From Octopus vulgaris (lineage: Eukaryota), in contig OX597818.1 of assembly GCA_951406725.2 (NCBI GenBank), positions 142,538,001-142,602,000 of the forward strand: 64,000 nt of DNA, written 5' to 3'. The notes beneath the pieces are model-generated. The model worked only from the letters and a program-made list of their open reading frames with translations, made no database searches and was not told where the DNA came from. The number at the start of each line of letters is the position of its first letter. Within the stretch, counting starts at the first letter, position 1. A program made the translations under genes and the position numbers. This document shows, one piece after another, positions 1-11,657 of this stretch.

Positions 1-549
1 ATTTCTAGGAAAACCTCCTTTTAAGTTTATATTGAAGATCAGGTTTTTAAAAACGCTCATCACAAACATGAGTTACAGAATAGAAAAAGGTCATTTCAAT
101 TGGATTTGAGCTGTAATTTTGCATATGCACACAGTAAGAAATAACATAAGTCATACAGAAGTTTTACTGTGTGTGCATACATGTGCATATATGTGTGTGC
201 ACCAAAGTAGTTATTTTATGACATTCTTTCATTTGAAGCTGCAAAACTGTCAACTCGATTATATGGTTGAATATACGGGATCATGTGATTGATTGTTCGT
301 TAATTTCTGTAAAAATTTTTATTTCTTTATGCTTTGAAGAGAGCAGAAACTGAGAGGGAGAAGAAAGTGAAAAGGCAACATTCGCTTTGGAGTGAGAGCA
401 GAAAGTAAAAGAGAGGAGAAAGTGAAAGATGTAAGCTTGTGTATATGAAATGGATGTGTGTGTGTGTGTGAGAGAGAGAGAGTAAGTGAAGGTGTGTGGT
501 GTGTTGTCATGTATGTATTTTTTGCATGTATGTGTAAGTGGCACTCAAT

Positions 550-607
<58 letters not shown>

Positions 608-778
608 CACACACAATGGTCTGCTTTCAGTCTCCATCTACCAAATCCACTCACAGGGCTTTGGTCAGCCTGAGCCTATAGTAGAAGGCATGGCATATTG
701 GTACAAAAAAATGTGTGGGTGTAAAAGAATATATATAACATATGATAAAATTGCATGGAAGAGTATATATATATATAT

Positions 779-1163
779 GGAAGCACTCCGTCGGTTACGA
801 CGACGAGGGTTCCGGTTGATCCGAATCAACGAAACAGCCTGCTCATGAAATTAACGTGTAAGTGGCTGAGCACTCCACAGACACGTGCACCCTTAACGTA
901 GTTCTCGGGGATATTCAGCGTGACACAGAGAGTGACAAGGCCGGCCCTTTGAAATACAGGTACAACAGAAACAGGAAGTAAGAGTGAGAGAAAGTTGTGG
1001 TGAAAGAGTACAGCAGGGATCACCACCATCCCCTGCTGGAGATTCGTGGAGCTTTTAGGTGTTTTTGCTCAATAAACACTCACAATGCCCAGTCTGGGAA
1101 TCAAAACCGCGATCCTATGACCGTGAGTCCGCTGCCCTAACCACTGGGCCATTGCGCCTCCAC
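779..1163 (-). mobile_element. tRNA-derived SINE family A, full length, in (TA)n
   Basis: Minus strand starts GTGGAGGCGCAATGGCCCAGTGGTTAGG (A box), followed by a B-box-like GGTTTTGATTCCC. Near-identical to copies at 3315, 13263, 16667, 24552, 41055 and 57417. Confidence 0.9.
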
Positions 1164-1394
1164 ACATATATATATATATGTATGTATGCATGTAAAAGTT
1201 TGAATGTATGAGAAGTCTAGGGGGATAATGTGGTGATGGTAAGCTGCTCCCAGTTATCTAACTCAATGATTCAGGTCTTGTATGCTATTGAGTTCTGAAG
1301 ATTGAGATTGAACGAGCATTTGCCCCTTTGCTTGATCTGAGTCATTAACACAGAAGTACCCAATACCCTGGGATAGCCATTAACACATACATGT

Positions 1395-1535
1395 AAGCTT
1401 GCTTCCTAAGTGCATGGTTCTGGGTTCAGTCCCACTGCATGGCACCTTGGGCAACTGTCTTCCTATATAGCCTTGGGCCGACCAAAGGCTTTGTGAGTGG
1501 ATCTGATATACAGAAACTGAAGAAGCTCATCATAT

Positions 1536-1589
<54 letters not shown>

Positions 1590-1797
1590 GCCCCTACCAC
1601 CTCCACTTGACAACCGGTGTTGGTGTGTTTATGTCCCCATAACTTAACAGTTTGGCAAAAAAAAACTGATAAAATAAGTACTAGGCTTAGCAAAAAAATT
1701 AAGTACTAGGGTCAATTCGTTTGGCAAAAAGTTCTTCATGGCAGTGCCCCAGCATGGCCACTGTCTGATGGCTGAAACAAGTAAAAGAGTAAAAGAG
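1395..1797 (+). mobile_element. SINE family B (tRNA head, CORE-like segment, internal microsatellite)
   Basis: GGGTTCAGTCCC B-box-like motif, GGCACCTTGGGCAA CORE-like motif, internal (TG)n and 3' end GAAACAAGTAAAAGAGT. Matches copies at 8225, 21295 and 42610. Confidence 0.85.
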
Positions 1798-1926
1798 TAT
1801 ACATGTGTGCATAGTCTTGTATCCAACGGTGCAAAAACACAATCACTAAATGCACCGAGAAAGCAACACTTTACCCCCACCCCTCCCCAACCAAGAACCA
1901 CATGCAACTAGAAAGCTCAGAGAAAT

Positions 1927-2893
1927 TACCTATTTCTTTTCTACCCACAAGGGACTGAACACAGGGAGGACAAACAAGGACTGACAAGCAGATTAAGTCA
2001 ATTATATCGACCCCAGTAACTGGTACTTATTTAATCGACCCCAAAAGGATGAAAGGCAAAGTCGACCTCAGCAGAATTTGAACTCAGAACGTAGCGACAG
2101 ACAAAATACCTATTTCTTTATTACCCACAAGGGGCTAAACACAGAGGGGACAAACAAGGACAGACATAGGTATTAAGTCGATTACATCGACCCCAGTGCG
2201 TAACTGGTACTTATTTAATCGACCCCAAAAGGATGAAAGGCAAAGTCGACCTCAGCAGAATTTGAACTCAGAACGAAGCGTCAGAGGAAATACCTATTTC
2301 TTTATTACCCACAAGGGGCTAAACACAGAGGGGACAAACAAGGACAGACATAGGTATTAAGTCGATTACATTGACCCCAGTGCGTAACTGTTACTTATTT
2401 AATCGACCCCGAAAGGATGAAAGGCAAAGTCGACCTCAGCAGAATTTGAACTCAGAACGTAGCGGCAGACGAAATACCTATTTCTTTATTACCCACAAGG
2501 GGCTAAATACAGAGGGGACAAACAAGGACAGACATAGGTATTAAGTCGATTACATCGACCCCAGTGCGTAACTGGTACTTATTTAATCGACCCCGAAAGG
2601 ATGAAAGGCAAAGTCGACCTCAGCAGAATTTGAACTCAGAACGTAGCGTCAGACGAAATACCTATTTCTTTATTACCCACAAGGGGCTAAACACAGAGGG
2701 GACAAACAAGGACAGACATAGGTATTAAGTCGATTACATCGACCCCAGTGCGTAACTGGTACTTATTTAATCGACCCCGAAAGGATGAAAGGCAAAGTCG
2801 ACCTCAGCAGAATTTGAACTCAGAACATAGCGTCAGACGAAATACCGCTAAGTATTTCGCCCAGCGTGCTAACGTTTCTGCCAGCTCGCCACC
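1927..2893 (-). mobile_element. SINE family C: one head plus five head-to-tail ~184-bp body units
   Basis: Unit boundaries TACCTATTTC at 1927, 2107, 2291, 2475 and 2659. Single head at 2843-2893 (minus GGTGGCGAGCTGGCAGAAACGTTAG). Each unit retains the B box GAGTTCAAATTC. A monomer of the same family lies at 63340-63562. Confidence 0.9.
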
Positions 2894-3314
2894 TTGAAAT
2901 CACCACAAATACCTCCCCATTCCTGATGATTGCTCCTTATGATCTTACAGCCACAACATAGCAAAAACTAAACCACAAAATACTGTCATTGCTCTTAAGA
3001 AACAGGAAACACTTGAGCACACAAAAACAACTTATTCTTTATAAAACTCAAGTGAAACTCACAACTACTTCCCTCAGATCTGAAATGATGCAACAGCTGT
3101 CCATGTAGATAGCCTAAACAAGTGTGTCTGATAAGACAGCAGGAAAGTAGGTCCCTTGTAAGTGGAGCCCTGCAGATTGAAATGGGGGGGGGGGAAACGG
3201 TCATGTGTAACAAAATTAAGAGGGTTTCCAAATATTTAAATTTGGAAAACACCTTGGTGAAGAATGAATTATACGATGATCATCATCTTTTAACATTCAC
3301 TTACCTATGCTTAC

Positions 3315-3646
3315 GTGGAGGCGCAATGGCCCAGTGGTTAGGGCAGTGGACTCGCGGTCATAGGATCGTGGTTTCGATTCCCAGACCGGGCGTTGTGAGT
3401 GTTTAATGAGCGAAAACACATAAAAGTTCCATGAGGCTCCGGCAGGGGATGGTGGTGATCCCTGCTGTACTCTTTCACCACAACTTTCTCTCACTCTTAC
3501 TTCCTGTTTCTGTTGTACCTGTATTTCAAAGGGCCGGCCTAGTCACTCTCTGTGTCACGCTGAATATCCCCGAGAACTACGTTAAGGGTACACATGTCTG
3601 TGGAGTGCTCAGCCACTTACACGTTAATTTCACGAGCAGTGCTTCC
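3315..3646 (+). mobile_element. SINE family A with 3' internal deletion and 12-bp TSD
   Basis: TSD ACCTATGCTTAC at 3303-3314 and 3647-3658. Lacks the segment between GAGCAG and GTGCTTCC present in other copies. Confidence 0.9.
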
Positions 3647-4086
3647 ACCTATGCTTACATGGGTCAGAAAGAGTTTGTTGAGGCAGATTCTCTATTGCCA
3701 GGTACCCTTTCTGTTGTGAACCCTCACCTGTTTCCAAGCAAGGTGATATTACCTCATGGCCAGACTTGAAATGGACAACATTGCTATAACATCAAGACAA
3801 AGGTGTACACACACGCACACACTCACACACACACACACGTGAATGTGTGTGTGTATGAGACAGGCTTCCAGTTACTATCTACCAAATCCACTCACAAGGC
3901 TTTGGTTAACCCTGGAACTTAGGACTACACTAGAAGACATTTACCCTTGCCCAAGATACCACGCAGCAGGATTGAACCTGAGACCATAAGAGTAGGAAGC
4001 CACTTCCTTAACCACAAAGCCACGCTTGGATGCAAAAATTGTTTTGTTGTCTCCTTAAAGAAAGAGGGAAGGATGAAAAATTATAC

Positions 4087-4475
4087 CATTCTTCGTGCCA
4101 GTGCCATGTAAAAAGCACCATTCGAGCATATTCATTCCTAGTGTCACCTTACTGGCACGTGAAAAACACATTCAAGTGAGGTCGTTGCCAATGCCGCTGG
4201 ACTGGCTCCTGTGCCGGTGACATGTAAAAAAACACCATTTGAGCGTGACCGTTTGCCAGTACCGCCTGACTGGCCCTCGTGCCGGTGGCATGTAAAAGCA
4301 CCCACTACACTCTCGGAGTGGTTGGCATTAGGAAGGGCATCCAGCTGTAGAAACTCTGCCAGGTCAGATTGGAGCCTGGTGCAGCCATCTGGTTTGCCAG
4401 TTCTCAGTCAAATCGTCCAACCCATGCTAGCATGGAAAGCAGAACTTTAAATGATGATGATGATGATGATGATGA
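4087..4475 (+). mobile_element. RTE LINE 3'-UTR fragment with (GAT)n tail
   Basis: Shares GGAGTGGTTGGCRTTAGGAAGGGCATCCAGC...CGTCCAACCC and the (GAT)n tail with the RTE 3' end at 7340-7530. Contains four GGCAYGTAAAA-like modules. Confidence 0.8.
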
Positions 4476-5150
4476 CTCGAGAAGTGGGCTGGCATTTGTC
4501 AGTTTGAGAACCACTGTCTCGGATCACAAAAAAGAAAAAGAAAAATATCATTTGGCTAATTGGCATAAAGTTTCTCACAATTACATTCCAACTGTCTTCA
4601 CAGACAAGCTGTCTCCTCTCTCTCTACTACAGTAGTCACTGTTCTTTGGAGTTTGCTGATCTTATGTCACCCTCATGAGATCATTCCCCAGATTGCTTAT
4701 ATCTCTCCTTTCATTACTTATGTTGCTTTGAGCCACACTCAAGTCTTGTATCAACCACTGCATCCCTTCCTTCTTTCCCAAGAATTTTCTTGAGTTCCCT
4801 CCCTGCTCATGTTATTCTTGCAGCAGTCAACATGTGACTTTTGAAGAGGGACAGTAACTATATTGATCTTAATTCTCTTGGAGGATCTATAAGGGTTATA
4901 AATACAGCCCTTTCTTCCAGACCACAAAATCATATGTGTGAAAGAGGGAGAAAGAGAGAGAGAGGGGGAGAAAGAGAGAGAGAGAGAGAGAAATGTATGA
5001 AAGAGTATATATGTGTATGTGTGAGTACCTCTCCATTTACAGATATCCTAGTATATGGCACCTTGGGCAAGTGTCTTCTACTATAGCCTCGGGCCAACCA
5101 AAGCCTTGTGAGTGGATTTGGTAGACGGAAACTGAAAGAAGCCCATTGTA

Positions 5151-5190
<40 letters not shown>

Positions 5191-5193
<3 letters not shown>

Positions 5194-7529
5194 GGAAAGC
5201 CTGGAAGGATGGGGGCAGCAGGGAACTGTACCAGATAGCCAAAAGGGAGGCTGGACGGCAGGTATACATAGCCAAAGATGTAGCAGAAAAGAAGAAGTTT
5301 GCCAATGTCCAGCGACGCGAGGATCAAAGAGCTGAAGTATTTCGGATTGCCAGACAGTGTGTCAGAGAAAATAGTGATGTTATAGGAGAGAAATGTGTCC
5401 GCATGGATGATGGGGCACTTGCTTTCACTGCTAGTGAAAAGAAAGAGGCTTGGAGAAGCCATTATGAAAGACTGCTGAATGAGGAGAATGAATGGGAGGA
5501 GGAGAGCCTGACAAATGTTGACCCAGTAGAGGGACCAGCTACCCGAATAGACAGCTCCCTTGTAGATAAGGCAATTAAGGATATGAAACCAGGCAAAGCC
5601 CCTGGCCTATCAGGAATCACTGCTGAGATGCTTAAAACAGCTGGCTATGTGGGCTATACCATAGTCACCCGCATTGTAAACCAGGTAGTTCACAATGGAG
5701 TCATACCCAATGACTGGTGCAGCAGCACCATAGTCAACTGCTACAAGGGTAAGGGTGATGCTCTAGATAGAAATAACTACAGAGGTATCAAACTGTTGGA
5801 CCAGGTGATGAAGGTCTCAGAGAAGGTCATAATCCATCTCATTAGTGAGAGAATTTGTTTAGATGAAATGCAGTTCGGTTTTGTACCAGGTAGAAGCACC
5901 ACTGATGCTATATTCCTGGTCCGACAACTGCAGGAGAAGTACCTAGCTAAAGATAAACCCCTCTACATAGCTTTTGTAGACTTGGAGAAAGCCTTTGACA
6001 GGGTTCCCGTTCCCTCATCTGGTGGTCGATGTGGAAACTGGAGATTGAAGAATGGCTAATAAGGGCTGTACAGGCTCTATACAGAGAGGCTGTCAGCAAG
6101 GTTAGGATTGGCAACGAATATAGTGAAGAATTCCGGGTAGAAGTAGGTGTGCACCAGGGCTCAGCCCTCAGTCCCCTTTTATTCATCATAGTCCTTCAGG
6201 CAATAACAGAGGAATTCAAAACGGGATGCCCCTGGGAGCTCCTCTATGCCGATGACCTAGCTCTCATAGCAGAATCACTACCGGAACTAGAAGAGAAATT
6301 TCGGGTGTGGAAGCAAGGGTTGGAATCAAAGGGCCTTAGAATAAATGTAGCAAAGACCAAAGTATTAGTAAGCAGCAAGAGGTACTCAGCACACACCCCC
6401 TCGGGTAGGTGGCCCTGCTCAATCTGTAGGAAAGGTACAGGTAGAAACTCCATAAGATGCACCCAATGTAAGTTATGGACACATAAGAGGTGCAGCAACA
6501 TTAAAGGGAAATTAACAGATAAGATAGCTTTCATGTGTGGCAGATGCACAGGGACAATAGACACAACAGACACTCAGAAAACAGATTCCATCACACTCCA
6601 GGGAGAGAAACTAGAAGTAGTTGATAGTTTCCGCTACCTGGGTGACCAAGTTAGTAGCGGAGGTGGATGCACAGAGAGTATCACCACTAGAATACGAATA
6701 GCCTGGGCAAAGTTCAGAAAGCTCCTACCCCTACTGGCAACAAAAGGTCTCTCCCTCAGAGCGAAAGGTAGATTGTATGATGCATGTGTGCGAACTGCCA
6801 TGCTTCACGGTAATGAAACATGGGCTGTGACTGCAGAGGACATGCGTAGACTTGAAAGAAATGAAGCTAGCATGATCCGCTGGATGTGTAGTGTCAGTGT
6901 GCATGCAAGACAGAGTGTAAGCATCCTAAGAGAAATGCTGGATATAAGAAGCATCAGATGTGGTGTGCAAGAGCGACGCTTGCGATGGTATGGTCATGTG
7001 CTGCGGATGGATGAAGAGAGATGTGTGAAGAAGTGCCACTCCCAAACAGTTGAAGGTATCAGGGGGAGAGGTAGACCCAGGAAGACATGGGATGAGGTAG
7101 TCAAGCATGACCTCAGAGCATTGGGTCTCACTGAGGCAATGGCGAAGGACCGAGATCTCTGGAGATATGCTGTGACTGCAAAGACCCGGGCTGCTTTCTG
7201 CAGCAATTCCACATACCCCCTACCCATTCAAAGTACCCCGGATCCCCAAAGTACCCCGGACCCAGTTGCCCCCGTGCCGCTGGCACGTTAAAAGCTCGAA
7301 CCGATCGTGACCGATGCCGGACCCCCCGGCCCCTGTGCAGGTGGCACGTAAAAAGCACCCAATCTACTCACGGAGTGGTTGGCGTTAGGAAGGGCATCCA
7401 GCCGTAGAAACTCTGCCAAATCAGACTGGAGCCTGGAGCGGCCCCTGGCTTCCCAGACCCCGGTCGAACCGTCCAACCCGTGCTAGCGCGGAAAACGGAC
7501 GTTAAACGATGATGATGATGATGATGATG

Positions 7530-7530
<1 letters not shown>
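5191..7530 (+). mobile_element. RTE-clade non-LTR retrotransposon, 5'-truncated (no endonuclease domain)
   Basis: RT motifs KAPG, YKGKGD..NNYRGIKLL, QFGFVPGRST, FVDLEKAFD, GVHQGSALSPLLF, YADD (6245-6256) and YLG. RTE-type C-terminus RRLRWYGHVLRM...RGRGRPRKTW. 3' UTR ends in (GAT)n. Confidence 0.95.
5193..7291 (+). pseudogene. RTE reverse transcriptase ORF broken by one 1-bp deletion at ~6006-6010
   Basis: ORFs 5154-6059 and 6029-7291 join as FDRVP(R)SLIWWSM if one C is restored in GTTCCCGT. No other stop occurs over ~700 codons. Confidence 0.9.
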
Positions 7531-7590
<60 letters not shown>

Positions 7591-8224
7591 TGTATATGTT
7601 TGTGTGTCTGTGTTTGTCCTCCCAGCATCAACCGATGGTGGTGCGTTTATGTTCCCGAAACTTAGCAGTTTGGCAAAAGCGACCGATAGAATAAGTACTA
7701 GGCTTCCAAAGAATAAGTCCTGGTGTTGATTTCCTCGACTAAAGGTGGCGCTCCAGCACGGCCACAGTCAAATGACTGAAACAAGTAAAAGAGTAAGAGT
7801 ATATATACATATGCACTTCTATAGACATTTATGTGTACACACACACACACACACACATGTGGATTGGCAGAATTGTCAGAGCATTGTGTAAAATTCTGAG
7901 TTCAAATCCCACTAAGGTTTATTTTGTCTTTCATCCTTTCAGGGTCAATAACAAAGTACTAGTCCAGGATTGTCATGATGACTTGCAGTGTTGGTTCCAA
8001 CTCTTACATTCTGAACTTCTGGATGGTAGATTTAATTTTTCACCTGCTTTAACATCATCACCTGACACCTTGGATTCCATTTTCAGAGTCCACTCTGTTA
8101 TAAGTCTTCAATCAGTTCTCTAGCTGCAAAATAATTTCCTTCCTTCCTCTGACCAATCTTGGAGACTCAAAAATATAAATGAACCTGGACATTGCCCTCT
8201 CTCCTTGACTAAACAGTAAAAGGG

Positions 8225-8645
8225 AGAGGAGTGGCTGTGTGGTAAGTAGCTTGCTTACCAACCACATGGTTCCAGGTTCAGTCCCACTGCATGGCATCTT
8301 GGGCAAGTGTCTTCTGCTATAGCCCCGAGCTGACCAATGCCTTGTGAGTGAATTTGGTAGATGGAAACTGAAAGAAGCCTGTTGTATATATATATGTATG
8401 TGTGAGTATATGTACATATGTATGTGTGAGTATATGTTTGTGTGTCTGTGTTTGTTCCCCGAGCATTGCTTAACAACCGATGCTGGTGTGTTTACGTCCC
8501 CGTCACTTAGCAGTTCGGCAAAAGAGACCGATAGAATAAGTACTGGGCTTACAAAGAATAAGTTCTGGGGGTCGATTTGTTCGACTAAAGGCGGTGCTCC
8601 AGCATGGCCGCAGTCAAATGACTGAAACAAGTAAAAGAGTAAAAA
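8225..8645 (+). mobile_element. SINE family B, full length
   Basis: GAGTGGCTGTGTGGTAAG A box through to GAAACAAGTAAAAGAGT. Confidence 0.9.
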
Positions 8646-8840
8646 GAGAGAGACTATTCTGCATCCAATTACCAATGCTAGTGCCATGTAGATATGTAGC
8701 ACTTTCTATGTTGCTGCAGGAGTAACATGTAAGTCAGATGAAAATATACGATTGAAAATTTGGTTAATCAATTTCATCAGTATAAATTTAGTTATGCTGA
8801 TTTTACCTCAGAAACTGAATTTTCTTATTACATTTTGCGT

Positions 8841-8884
<44 letters not shown>

Positions 8885-9141
8885 GTTGACATATAAGCAT
8901 ATTCATGCAGAGTTGCTAACAAATGCCTGTACAAACATCTGTGTACATAAGCTGCACTTCCATATGAGACAGAATAATCATAAAGTAACAATACTGAATT
9001 ATATTTATCCATTTTTTATCACTAAGTACAAATACATACATGTACACTTATAAATATACATACACAAATGGACTTAAATGCACATAATTAGAAAATAATT
9101 ATTTTCCTGTCTTTATTTCACACTTACTTTCATGCCCTTTG

Positions 9142-9148
9142 TCTATCA

Positions 9149-9213
<65 letters not shown>
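9142..9213. repeat. (TCTA)n microsatellite
   Basis: Near-perfect tetranucleotide run. Confidence 0.95.
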
Positions 9214-9721
9214 CCGCACATAATGACTCTCTAATCTTTACTCTTTTCAATCTCACTTTTAAAGATGCAATTTTCTATTTGTAGAAAAAAAAAGAGAAAA
9301 ACAATAATAAAATAACAATGTCAAATAAATTTGAAATAATTAAAACCAAAATGAAACAACAAAAACAATAACCCAAGCGATTTTTATATCTAATTGTTTG
9401 CAATATTTGTTTACATCCTCAGAATTAAATTAGAAATTTTACCAAGACAGACATAATTGTTTTTGTTTTTTTACAATCAATACACTGATAGTAACATGTA
9501 ACAGTACTTATGAAGAACAACAACATGAACAACAACAATAGACTATCATGAATTGCAGAGGTTGTACACAAATGCCACACTCCTCTAACAATGGCATCTT
9601 ATACACAGACAGCACAACCAGGAGTCACCAATGCAATGAAACAAAACTAAATACATCATAAACATACAAGGGACACAGTTTGTTGAGGCTGGGCTACCTT
9701 TGACTCTCACATATTTTTTAA

Positions 9722-9855
9722 TCCCCTGCTAGAGCCTCATGGAACTTTAGGTGTTTTCACTCAATAAACACTCACAGCGCCCAGTTTGGGGATCGAAACC
9801 GCGATTCTACGACCGCAAGTCCGCTACCCTAACCACTGGGCCATTGTGCCTCCAC
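9722..9855 (-). mobile_element. SINE family A head fragment
   Basis: Matches the 5' ~130 nt of the copy at 13263-13638. Confidence 0.8.
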
Positions 9856-11049
9856 ACTTATTTAGAAGTGGATGGGCAGCTCTTGACTCTTGAAGCATTC
9901 TAGACTTGTAGAAGTCATCCTAAGACCAGCAACTTAGTCTGATTTCTTGCAATGGAATGGACTTCAGGTGAGGGCAATGTTAAACCATTAAACTGAGCAT
10001 TAGATTAAATCTACTACCTGAGTATAAAAACAATTTCATATGAACTTAGAAAAAATTGTTTTCTAAAACAGTTTACCAAAATAATAAAAAAAGGAAATGC
10101 TTTTCAACATTTCACTGAACAATCATCATTAAATGTAGCCTACATAACACAACTAAACAGAAACATCATTTCTGGTTCACTGAATATATATTTCAAGCTA
10201 TGTAAGTATGTGTTATAAATGACCAAGTAAGATATTCTAATTTGAATTATACTCAACAATAAGCACAACAATTTAAGGTAGGAAAGTAAAGAAAAGCAAA
10301 AAAAAGAAACTCAGGCTTGAACCGTGTGTCTGTGATTTACTGATTGACTTCATTGTTGACTGCTCTGCAGAATTTCTGCTCTTTTATCTGAATTTAGATG
10401 CTCTCTAACTAAATTAATATATGGAGGGGCTCCCATATTATAAATACATATTAAAAGCATTAACAAATTCATTTTAGGGATATAATTATCCCACCACACA
10501 AAAATTATTTTGTTTCTATTAGTCATGCATGATTCAACTTTCTCATATTTTCTATCTCAAAATGATTCCTGTTTTTAACCTAACATTTATCTTGCTTTAC
10601 GTAGGATCCTCTTTTTTACTCTCTCTTTTTTTATTTTGGCTCATGTGCCCAAAGTGTTGCTTCCATTGAGACATTGCTTTGTCTTACATCAGAAAAGACA
10701 AAGCAATGTAAGACACAATTTGTCTTACATCAATAGCCAAGCCCAGAAGGATTTATTTCCAACTATGAGAAGGATGATATTGGGAGATGAACTTTGAACT
10801 TAGAAAGCAAAGAGTCAGAACAGATACTGCAAGGCATCCTCTCCAGTATGCTAACATCCCTGCCAATCTGCTGCTCATCCACTAACACAAAAAAAAACAT
10901 GATGAAAGACAAAGCTACTTTGGAGAGATTTGAACTCAGAGGGCAGAGATACTAAACAAAAACTGCAAGGCATCCTATCCAATGCTTTAATGACTTAACT
11001 AATTTTGATGCTTATGATGTCCACTATTAAGAAATAGTAGCTCTGTCAG

Positions 11050-11190
11050 AATTAATAATAATAATAATAATAATAATAATGAAATTATTGTAAACAGTGC
11101 TCAGGTGCACCACAACTTGCCAAAAGTGCGTATAAATTATATGCAGTAAAGTACAAATGTCTGGAAAGTGAACAGTGTATGAGTCAGATA
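11050..11190 (-). mobile_element. 3' terminus of an unclassified non-LTR element with (ATT)n tail
   Basis: CAGTGCTCAGGTGCAC next to (TAA)n recurs at ~43215-43320. Confidence 0.5.
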
Positions 11191-11435
11191 TTAGAAGCTT
11201 AGTGACAGAGTGGCTTATATTTTCCACTACAAACCAAGATTGATTGATACAAATTTCAAAAGTTAAGCAGCCACACCATCCCTGTGTAACCAATAAATCT
11301 ATGACTAATCAAATGATCAGCTATTAAGCAATATGGGTATCTAAAGATCAAAGGAATTACAGAAAATATGCCTCAGTTTAGTACTGACTAAGTAGACATT
11401 TGCTGAGTTTTCAATTGCGAATCCCTTGTCTTTAA

Positions 11436-11657
11436 CCCTTTCAATACCAACCCGGCTGAAACCGCCCCTGGCTCTGTAGTACAAATGTCTTGTTTTCATA
11501 AGTTTTGAATTAAAATCTTCCACTAAACCTTAGTCACAATCTATGTTCCTAACACCAGTTTAATGATAACTAAGTTGTTTTACTAAATTCTTTGTTATAT
11601 TTAAAATTAATTGAAAGAAACACAGAGCATCTCAACAGAAATACAGTAACAAAAGGG
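11436..11657. mobile_element. TTAA-flanked MITE (piggyBac-like termini), family 1
   Basis: TTAA|CCCTTT...AAAGGG|TTAA. A second colinear copy lies at 46163-46383. Confidence 0.85.

Larger units (their letters stand above)
5056..7800 (+). mobile_element. SINE family B split by the RTE LINE (5' part ~5056-5190, 3' part ~7531-7800)
   Basis: GGCACCTTGGGCAAGTG...GAAAGAAGCCC precedes the LINE. The family-B 3' half (GTTTGTGTGTCTGTGTTTGTCC...GAAACAAGTAAAAGAGT) follows the LINE tail. Confidence 0.85.

Noticed and set aside
826-1029. Recurrent ORF MVVIPAVLFHHNFLSLLLPV... (also 3431, 13306, 16712, 24685, 57492) as a gene family
   Set aside because: It lies inside SINE family A, and copies differ by frameshifts and deletions.
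1927-2842. Tandem array as a CRISPR array or hammerhead retrozyme
   Set aside because: No unique spacers and eukaryotic context. No CUGANGA...GAAA hammerhead core could be found in the unit on either strand.
3315-3390. SINE heads as tRNA genes
   Set aside because: A and B boxes are present, but they run into SINE bodies with TSDs and show no clear cloverleaf or terminator.
10331-10387. Possible minus-strand terminal exon IKEQKFCRAVNNEVNQ*
   Set aside because: The acceptor lacks a polypyrimidine tract and the ORF is too short to support.
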